A stretch of 64,000 bases of DNA from contig OZ024761.1 of NCBI GenBank assembly GCA_964016885.1, positions 30,566,001 through 30,630,000 on the forward strand, written 5' to 3'. The notes under the pieces were generated by a model, which saw only the letters and a program-made list of their open reading frames with translations, searched no databases and was not told where the DNA came from. Source of the DNA: Eledone cirrhosa. Taxonomy: Eukaryota. Below, piece after piece: positions 1 to 7,887 of the stretch (the first letter of the stretch is position 1; the number at the start of each line of letters is the position of its first letter). The position numbers and the translations under genes are program-made.

Positions 1-811
1 TTATAAGTTTGTTTAACTGCCGATAACTTTTAAATCTATTTCTTAGGTTGCTTAGGCCTACAAATCTTATATCAGTGTCCCTTCTTTTGACACTTTCTAC
101 GAGTGAATCCTTAAATTGACATTTTATTTTGGGTTGTACTGCCTTATCCCACCTATAACAGCTAGAAGCAAATATAGTAAAAACAGGTCCTTGACTGAGA
201 AGACTAATATGAGTTATGTTGAATATAATTGTTGAGGTTTATTCAATCTAAGAGAAGAAAAAATAAGTAAAGTGCAAAATTAACGTTTAAAGACAAGAAA
301 AGTATTTCTCTTTCTCTCTGGCAAAATAAATCTGCTGTTTTTAGACCTAGAGGAGGGGAGGATTGACTCAGTCAGGTTTAAATGCCCACATGACGGTAAT
401 TACGGCACCCCTACAACAACAGTTAAGTGTCTATAACCACCACGCATTTATGAGACTAAAAACCTTGCTAGTGTATTTTTATTTTGGTACAAAAGTTTTT
501 AAATAATTTCATAAGTTTTAAATTCAAGTAAGTCCAATATAACGTATTTAAACGAATCTATAGATAGGATTTCAATATCTTCCAGAGCTTATGAAATAGT
601 AAAACAATTTTTTTTCTTTTCAATTATATCAAATACCATAAGTTGTTCTTTATGAAAGAAATGCTAAAATAGATTTAGTTAGTATGACTCTGAAATGTGT
701 TCATAAACGGTAATGTTATGTTTTCCTTAGAGCCTGTCTGTCTTACAGTATGTTTACACACAATACATACATGCATAGACATAAATTAATTGTTTATTAT
801 CTATATTCATC

Positions 812-1505
812 TGTTTACACTCCTCGTAATAATTCGAGCGGTTTTGTTTTTGTTTTTTCTTCAAGAGATACGTAGATAGAAAAACGTTTGTGGCTTTAGT
901 ATTGCTTATTTTTAAGTTTTGTTTAATTGCCGATAAATTTGAAATATATTTGTTAGGTTTCTTAGAACTACAAATCTTTCTTATGACACTTACTACGGAA
1001 TAAATTCTTAGCTGGATACTTTACTTTGTGATTACTTTCCTCCCAAAGCCATGACAGCTTGAATCAGATGTAGCAAAAACTTGGGAAGACTGACATGAGT
1101 TATGTTGAATATAAGTGTAGACGTAAAATATTTTTGTTTATTCAATCTAAAGGGAAGGAAAAAGAATTATAAGTCAAGTGCAAAATTAACGTTTAAAGGC
1201 ATAAGAAAGGTATCTCGCTTTCTCTCCTGTAAAACAAATAGGCTGTTTTTAGACCAGGAGGATGGGAGGATTGACTCAGTCAGATTTAAATGCACACATG
1301 ACGGTAAATACGACAGTCCTACAACAGTTAAGTGTCTATAACAACCATGCATTTAAGAGACTGAAAACCTTACTAATGTGTTTTTATTTTGGTATTTAAA
1401 AACAAATTATATATTTAATTTCATGTAAGTCAAATACAATGTATTTAAATGAATCTACAGATGGAGTTGCAATATCTGCCAGGACTTTGGAAATAGGGAA
1501 ATATA
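812..1505 (-). pseudogene. Decayed coding relic, paralog B (includes ORF-track 1167..1352); present in every unit
   Basis: FPISKVLADIATPSVDSFKYIVFDLHEIK ... MHGCYRHLTVVGLSYLPSCVHLNLTESILPSSWSKNSLFVLQERKRDTFL. Clearly homologous at DNA level to 5897-5976 plus 6296-6905, and lacks ~320 bp present in A. Confidence 0.55.
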
Positions 1506-1547
1506 TAATTTTTTTAATTAAAACTACTTTTCAAAGGAATAATAAAG

Positions 1548-1584
<37 letters not shown>
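1548..1584. repeat. (TA)n(CA)n microsatellite with strongly variable length between copies
   Basis: The (CA) tract is ~13 units in copy 1, longer in copy 9, and short and interrupted (cagacacaca) in copies 8 and 10. Confidence 0.95.
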
Positions 1585-1699
1585 TCTCTAGTGGAGATAT
1601 TTCTGAGATTGGAAACCCTATCGATGTATGTATTTTGTCACTGAAAAGTTATCAAAAAATTATTATTATATATACATGTTTGTGTTTTTGACGTAAGTA

Positions 1700-1829
1700 A
1701 AACGAATCTATATACGAGGTTTTCGATACCTGCCAGAGCTTATGAAATAGTAAAAGAATATTTTTATTTTTCAATTATGTCAAACATCGTATGTGGTTCT
1801 TTATTAAAGAAATGCTAAAATAGATTTAA
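1700..1829 (-). pseudogene. Short third paralogous fragment C of the same relic
   Basis: aaacgaatctata...ccagagcttatgaaatagtaaaa...aaagaaatgctaaaatagattta matches 550-678; translates as FFNKEPHTMFDIIEK*KYSFTIS*ALAGIE. Confidence 0.6.
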
Positions 1830-1842
1830 ATATATGAAATTT

Positions 1843-1970
1843 GCACAGTAGAATTACGGCCGCTTGGCTGGCGTCTGGTAAAGTGGTGGTAGTGTAGGTT
1901 CGAGCGGAGGGGAAACTAAAAAGGTGGCTTCGAGATGATCGTGGCCCCGGGTAGCCCAGAAGATAGAGAC
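1843..1970. other. GC-rich island starting GCACAGT, probably a DNA-transposon or MITE remnant
   Basis: Sharp GC and CpG rise against the AT-rich background where paralog C ends; weak inverted similarity to 2073-2107. Confidence 0.3.
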
Positions 1971-2203
1971 CAATCTCTTAAATTAAAAAAATAAATATGT
2001 TTTAAACTTAAGATAAAGTAGACGATCGAAACCCTATCTCCAAATCTATACACACTCAATTGATGCATAGATACACCACAACTACCCACATGACCACCTA
2101 CAGACCAACAAATATGGAGTGAAAATAAACACATTTAAAGCTATTTTATTGTTAGACTAAAAATAAGTTTATATATGTAAATATTCAAAAGAAAATCACT
2201 TAA

Positions 2204-2274
2204 GTCTTTATAGTCTAGTGGTAAGACATAGGACTGGGGAATGCCGTGTTTGGATTTCGAATCAACTTAAAACA
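2204..2274 (+). pseudogene. tRNA-like (tRNA pseudogene or SINE-head-like) Pol III-type unit, 71 nt; copies start at 8507, 14751, 21018, 27277, 33547, 39781, 46035, 52310, 58555
   Basis: Partial acceptor stem (GTCTTTA / TTAAAAC), A-box TAGTCTAGTGG at 2211-2221, perfect D stem GTCT/AGAC, B-box-like TTCGAATC at 2256-2263, tRNA-like length, T8 directly downstream. The anticodon stem does not pair, so it is not a functional tRNA. Confidence 0.55.
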
Positions 2275-2282
2275 TTTTTTTT
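2275..2282 (+). terminator. Putative Pol III terminator (T8) after the tRNA-like unit
   Basis: T-run begins immediately after the discriminator-like A2274; T-runs are common in this AT-rich DNA. Confidence 0.35.
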
Positions 2283-2314
2283 ATCCTCACACTGTAAGGA
2301 ATTTGCTTGATTTG

Positions 2315-2430
2315 AACACGTAGTCATACCATTTAAAGCTTTATTTTTCTCTTTCTAGTCGTAACACAGTCAGCATATAAATAAACGTGATTCACTTCAA
2401 CACGTTGCCATACCATTTAAAACTTTATTT
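2315..2430 (+). repeat. Pair of 32-bp direct repeats (2315-2346 and 2399-2430)
   Basis: aacacgtagtcataccatttaaagctttattt vs aacacgttgccataccatttaaaactttattt (29/32 identical); a partial third copy acacatttaaagctattt lies near 2129-2146. Confidence 0.85.
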
Positions 2431-2886
2431 GGAGATGAGACAAAGACACATAAATACACTAAGTAGTAAACCCTTGATTTAACTTACTATGAAGATGAAG
2501 AATGTCTGTTAATATCAAAGTGACGTTAAATTTAGGGGTCACTTTCATTGTTTTTAATTTACAGAAACTCCTTAATATAATACAATGTATATATTAGAAG
2601 GAATATTTTTTATTTTCTTGTTCCGTCAAACCTTGCGTTTATTCTACACACACACACGTCGAAACACTTGCTTGAGCTGGCTTTCTTAGACATAATGAGA
2701 AGTGTTGGCTTTGTGGAGATTGATACAACTTTGGGTGATGTTACGAGGAGAGGCAAGGCTATGGAGAGTGTCTTAGTGGAAGAGATGATATCAGAGCAGT
2801 AACCTCCAAAGAGATGAAATTAGTGACTGTGATGCTATCATTGCATAGTTCAGAATATATATAACAAACATATACTATAAATTTAA

Positions 2887-3077
2887 CAAGTCAAACTACA
2901 GTTATACTCTAACACGGAAGACAAATAAAACTTTACCTCTATCATGCACGTCGTATCCAGTGTGTTGTTATAAGAAAACCGGTGAAACACTAAATATGCC
3001 ACCAGTGTAGCGATTTTATACTCTCTCTGCTTCATCGTACCACCCAGTAACATGAAACTGTGTTCAAATCCCTGGGA
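2887..3077 (+). repeat. D1: most diverged copy of the ACCGGT-pair element
   Basis: caagtcaaactacagttatactctaacac...aaccggtgaaacactaaatatgccaccagtg aligns with the reverse complement of D3 (caagtcaacctacagttctacactaacag...taccggtgtaacactaaatatattaccggtg). Confidence 0.75.
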
Positions 3078-3546
3078 GGTAGAATTACGTCGCTTTAAAT
3101 AAACACACTGGGGTCAGTTTGAATATTGATTTCATGTGAAAAATATATACATATTATGATTGTACTCCGAACTATCAATATTGAAACAATTCTAATGCGC
3201 CAATAAAATTTATATATCTATACAGCAACAGTGTTTTCGATCTTTCTTACTTTTTTATTCACATTCTACAGTCACTTTAACTCTGTAATAAAACCCAACA
3301 CGAGACGAACGTTAACTGCAAGTTACCCACGAAATTAACGCAAACACAAATGAATATATATATATATACTACTAAAATGTATTTAAAATTAAAAAATAAA
3401 TACTTAAATTCAATGTATAATTACACGTACAATATGTTTTGTTGTAAAACCCTAAATAATGATTTAAGAAATGATGTCAATCTCTTTGTACAGAGATAAA
3501 CATTAATTTATGTATATGCATTGTGTGTGCGTATATACTCCATTTA

Positions 3547-3779
3547 AGACAGCGAAAAAGCCAGTACCTCCTTCGAAGAATGCCAAATAGTTTATGCCTC
3601 AGGGATACCGGTGTAACACTAATTAAGTTACCGGTGTAGATATTTCAGTTGAACCCTGCTTCAACAAACTACCCGGTAATTTGAAATCGAGTTCAGAGTG
3701 AGGGGTGTAAAACAGAATTCTGTTTGGAAAATAGTAAATTCTAAACCTGCTAGAAATAATAGCCAAATGTCGTACTTTG
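3547..3779 (+). repeat. D2: copy of the ACCGGT-pair element; left arm of the outer diverged inverted repeat
   Basis: ataccggtgtaacactaattaagttaccggtgtagatatttcagtt, atttgaaatcgagttcagagt and ttctaaacctgctagaaat match the reverse complement of 5212-5437. Confidence 0.85.
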
Positions 3780-3806
3780 GGTACGAGGTGCGACTCGTCT
3801 TACCTC

Positions 3807-3811
<5 letters not shown>

Positions 3812-3867
<56 letters not shown>

Positions 3868-4101
3868 AGATTCACGGGTCGCGGCGGAGAGAAACCACAA
3901 TAAATACAATGTACTCAATAGATTGGCATAGTATATATATATATGTGTGTACATATAAATATGTGTGTGTGTGTATGTATATATATATATGTATAAATGT
4001 ATATATACATATAAATACTTATATATATATATACATAAACATATGTATACATACACACATATATAAATAAATATGTGTGTATATATATATATATCTGTGT
4101 G

Positions 4102-4145
<44 letters not shown>

Positions 4146-4188
4146 TTACTTAGGTTCTAAGGAATATTCCGCGAATGTCGGGGTTTAC

Positions 4189-4234
<46 letters not shown>

Positions 4235-4240
4235 CATATT
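3812..4240. repeat. Left compound (TA)n/(TG)n microsatellite field
   Basis: Long TA and TG runs with short unique interruptions; a main source of unit-length variation. Confidence 0.95.
4151..4192 (+). mobile_element. pogo/Tigger-like (Tc1/mariner superfamily) right-end remnant
   Basis: ...ccgcgaatgtcggggtttactg followed by TA in copies 4-6. The reverse complement CAGTAAACCCCGACATTCGCGG resembles pogo/Tigger TIRs, which start CAG after a TA target. Family assignment is from memory of the motif. Confidence 0.4.
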
Positions 4241-4627
4241 TATTACTTTCACTGTTATTTCTAGCATAAAAAAGAAAAACCGGAAGGGGAGAAAATTGAA
4301 AAACTTCTTCTTTTTCCCTCCTCTAACTTTTCAAACAAAAGGAAATTTTATGTAAACAAAAACGAAATTTTTGCCAAGAAAGATAACTCTTCTCTGACTT
4401 AAATCCAAAATTGGGATACAAAAAAAATTCCGCAATTTTTTGTATCCCAATTTTGGATTTAAGTCAGAGAAGAGTTATCTTTCTTGGCAAAAATTTCGTT
4501 TTTGTTTACATAAAATTCTCTTTTGTTTGAAAAGTTAGAGGAGGGAAAAAGAAGAAGTTTTTCAATTTTCTCCACTTCCCGTTTTTTCTAGTGTATACTA
4601 GAAATAGCAGTCAAAGCAATATATATG
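4235..4627. repeat. Long palindrome (~195 bp arms, 4-nt loop CCGC at 4430-4433), copy 1
   Basis: 4288-4425 is the reverse complement of the right arm with only 2 mismatches (4342-4343), plus a 2-nt A-run bulge next to the loop. The outer ~55 bp match at about 80%. Confidence 0.97.
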
Positions 4628-4769
4628 CCTTTTGTGACAATATATATTGTTTTAACGCTAGATTATTAACAACAATATATTGTATTTGTTGGCCTATTGG
4701 ACGCAGAAGACGCTCACTCGATTTTTATTATATTTTACGTTGTATTTTGAGGTTTATAGACATTTCTAT

Positions 4770-4853
4770 GGACCACCTACAATATTCGCGGTTTTTCACT
4801 ATTCTCGGGTTCTCTAGGACTGTAAACCCCACGAATGCCGGGGGGTAAATGTA
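4770..4853 (+). mobile_element. Second pogo/Tigger-like right-end remnant, same orientation
   Basis: attcgcggtttttcactattctcgggttctctaggactgtaaaccccacgaatgccggggggtaaatgTA has repeated ATTCGCGG-like subterminal motifs and resembles 4151-4192. Confidence 0.4.
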
Positions 4854-5064
4854 TATGAATATATCGACTGATAATATACAGTATAATTGTACGAGTATGC
4901 ATATACATAGCAATATATATACATATTTACACATATATGTACATATATATATATAGACACACATGTATATATATATATATAGACACACATGTATATATAT
5001 ATATATATGCATGTATGTATATATGTATACACATATATATATATGAATGTCTGTATATATGTAC

Positions 5065-5101
<37 letters not shown>

Positions 5102-5180
5102 CATAGACATGTGTGTGTGTGTACATTCTTAGGTATATACATATATATTTATACACACATACATACAAATATATATATTT
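4851..5180. repeat. Right compound (TA)n/(CA)n/(TG)n microsatellite field
   Basis: TA runs interleaved with gacacacatg and gtac sub-repeats. Confidence 0.95.
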
Positions 5181-5211
5181 CTATGAGTCACAGTTTATTA
5201 CACATTGGAGA

Positions 5212-5466
5212 CAGAGTGAGAGATTTAGCTTTCATTTTTAGCAGATTTAGAAACTTTGCAAACGCTTTATTTTTTCTTATTGCCGGTACTCTGAACACGA
5301 TTTGAAATGACTGGAGTGAGTTTATAAAAGGGTAAACTGAAATAGTTGCACCGGTAATATATTTAGTGTTACACCGGTATTTTCGAAACAGTCTCTTTCG
5401 CACTCGTCTGCAAGAGGTAACGTTTTCTATGCCGTCTCTGTTAGTGTAGAACTGTAGGTTGACTTG
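5212..5466 (-). repeat. D3: copy of the ACCGGT-pair element; right arm of the outer diverged inverted repeat (overlaps ORF-track 5188..5403)
   Basis: Reverse complement reads ataccggtgtaacactaaatatattaccggtgcaactatttcagtt...atttcaaatcgtgttcagagt...ttctaaatctgctaaaaat. Confidence 0.85.
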
Positions 5467-5731
5467 CCTGGTTTTTACAACTCTTTGTCAACATGCATAT
5501 TATTATTATATACTTTCAAACACACTTACATATATTATATTTATAAACATATAGGATTTTACTAAGTTTTTATTCTTTCTAATGTGAAGAGATAGAAATA
5601 ATAAGTTAAAACTAAAGTATAATGATATAACAACCGTATATAATAGTTTTCTCCCCTTTATTGAGATGCAAACGTTTTAAAGAAAAAACATGACAGTATA
5701 AGAAATATTTAATATCATAACATATAATATT

Positions 5732-5899
5732 TCAGGTAGGATGGTCGTTTCTCTTGTCTTCCACCTCTAGTTGTAGATTCTTCATGTCCTCTCTAGCCAT
5801 AATTATGTCGTCGACATATGCATAAGTTTGATTTCTTCTTGAATGAATTGCAAATCTTGAGGTAGCCTTCTTGGTACATTTATTAGCTTTAATTCGTGT
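5732..5899 (-). mobile_element. Non-LTR retrotransposon (LINE, RTE-like) reverse transcriptase fragment
   Basis: 55-codon minus frame ...KCTKKATSRFAIHSRRNQTYAYVDDIIMAREDMKNLQLEVE with a YxDD motif (5807-5818) followed by a hydrophobic strand and the LQ typical of LINE RT. Motif copies are at 12051, 18338, 24581, 30851, 37099, 43356, 49604, 55872 and 62189. Confidence 0.55.
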
Positions 5900-7035
5900 T
5901 TACACTGCTTGTAATAATTCGTACGTTTTTTACTTTAGATGAAACATATATATAAAAACGTCTGTGGCTTTAGTATACCTTTAAGTTTGATTTCAATAGA
6001 AAAATACTTACTGAACATGTGTAACACAATTATAACTGGATCTACTTAGTTCCTAGCCACTAGAAAAAAATCTATTTGATAGAAGTTATTTCCTAGTTCT
6101 ATGCACTGTCAATATCCCTTCTACTTTTTATATGCTTGTGTTTGTTAAAGAAACATTCTCTGATTTAGGAACCACGATCTTCTCGCACCACCGTTGTAGT
6201 AATTCTTGTTAAATGTTTTGTCTGGTCTATTGTCAATAAGTGGCCTTGTTTTCTGATTATGAATAAAGTTAAGTGGTCTACTGAATTGTCTTAATTATTG
6301 CTAATTTATAAGTTTGTTTAACTGCCGATAACTTTTAAATCTATTTCTTAGGTTGCTTAGGCCTACAAATCTTATATCAGTGTCCCTTCTTTTGACACTT
6401 TCTACGAGTGAATCCTTAAATTGACATTTTATTTTGGGTTGTACTGCCTTATCCCACCTATAACAGCTAGAAGCAAATATAGTAAAAACAGGTCCTTGAC
6501 TGTGGAGACTAATATGAGTTATGTTGAATACAATTGTTGAGGTTTATTCAATCTAAGAGAAGAAAAAATAAGTAAAGTGCAAAATTAACGTTTAAAGACA
6601 AGAAAAGTATTTCTCTTTCTCTCTGGCAAAATAAATCTGCTGTTTTTAGACCTAGAGGAGGGGAGGATTGACTCAGTCAGGTTTAAATGCCCACATGACG
6701 GTAATTACGGCACCCCTACAACAACAGTTAAGTGTCTATAACCACCACGCATTTATGAGACTAAAAACCTTGCTAGTGTATTTTTATTTTGGTACAAAAG
6801 TTTTTAAATAATTTCATAAGTTTTAAATTCAAGTAAGTCCAATATAACGTATTTAAACGAATCTATAGATAGGATTTCAATATCTTCCAGAGCTTATGAA
6901 ATAGTAAAACAATTTTTTTTCTTTTCAATTATATCAAATACCATAAGTTGTTGTTTATGAAAGAAATGCTAAAATAGATTTAGTTAGTATGACTCTGAAA
7001 TGTGTTCATAAACGGTAATGTTATGTTTTCCTTAG
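5897..7035 (-). pseudogene. Decayed coding relic, paralog A, unknown family (spans the unit junction; its upper part is also at 1-730 and it is present in every unit)
   Basis: The minus strand gives protein-like segments broken by stops and frameshifts, e.g. FTIS*ALEDIEILSIDSFKYVILDLLEFK and MRGGYRHLTVVVGVP*LPSCGHLNLTESILPSSRSKNSRFILPERKRNTFL. They align to paralog B with several synonymous and conservative (I/V, L/F) changes. Confidence 0.55.
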
Positions 7036-7852
7036 AGCCTGTCTGTCTTACAGTATGTTTACACACAATACATACATGCATAGACATAAATTAATTGTTT
7101 ATTATCTATATTCATCTGTTTACACTCCTCGTAATAATTCGAGCGGTTTTGTTTTTGTTTTTTCTTCAAGAGATACGTAGATAGAAAAACGTTTGTGGCT
7201 TTAGTATTGCTTATTTTAAAGTTTTGTTTAATTGCCGATAAATTTGAAATATATTTGTTAGGTTTCTTAGAACTACAAATCTTTCTTATGACACTTACTA
7301 CGGAATAAATTCTTAGCTGGATACTTTACTTTGTGATTACTTTCCTCCCAAAGCCATGACAGCTTGAATCAGATGTAGCAAAAACTTGGGAAGACTGACA
7401 TGAGTTATGTTGAATATAAGTGTAGACGTAAAATATTTTTGTTTATTCAATCTAAAGGGAAGGAAAAAGAATTATAAGTCAAGTGCAAAATTAACGTTTA
7501 AAGGCATAAGAAAGGTATCTCGCTTTCTCTCCTGTAAAACAAATAGGCTGTTTTTAGACCAGGAGGATGGGAGGATTGACTCAGTCAGATTTAAATGCAC
7601 ACATGACGGTAAATACGACAGTCCTACAACAGTTAAGTGTCTATAACAACCATGCATTTAAGAGACTGAAAACCTTACTAATGTGTTTTTATTTTGGTAT
7701 TTAAAAACAAATTATATATTTAATTTCATGTAAGTCAAATACAATGTATTTAAATGAATCTACAGATGGAGTTGCAATATCTGCCAGGACTTTGGAAATA
7801 GGGAAATATATAATTTTTTTAATTAAAACTACTTTTCAAAGGAATAATAAAG

Positions 7853-7887
<35 letters not shown>

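Larger units (their letters stand above)
1..6305. repeat. Array unit copy 1 (arbitrary phase set by window start)
   Basis: ttataagtttgtttaactgcc at 1 recurs at 6306. Confidence 0.97.

Noticed and set aside
1102-1341. 79-aa plus-strand ORF identical in all copies, as a real small gene
   Set aside because: It is the antisense shadow frame (shared third positions) of relic B. The paralogous A region is frameshifted, and identity only reflects array homogeneity.
1916-2134. 72-aa minus-strand ORF
   Set aside because: It is destroyed by an 8-bp deletion in copies 4, 7 and 8 and shows no recognisable homology.
2204-2274. Functional tRNA gene (nominal GGG anticodon)
   Set aside because: The anticodon stem cannot pair, and the acceptor and T stems are mismatched. 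Kept only as tRNA-like.
2315-2430. CRISPR-like repeat-spacer-repeat (32-bp repeats)
   Set aside because: Only two imperfect repeats, a spacer that is the same in all units, eukaryotic context and no cas genes.
2665-2802. Purine-rich plus-strand open frame HLLELAFLDIMRSVGFVEIDTTLGDVTRRGKAMESVLVEEMISEQ
   Set aside because: It is too short, and I found no recognisable motif or convincing splice context. It may be another retroelement scrap, but I cannot support that.
3661-5305. Many 60-146 aa ORFs rich in IYIY/THTH/VCVC (and their equivalents in every unit)
   Set aside because: They are translations of stop-free (TA)n/(CA)n microsatellites, and their length and frame change from copy to copy.
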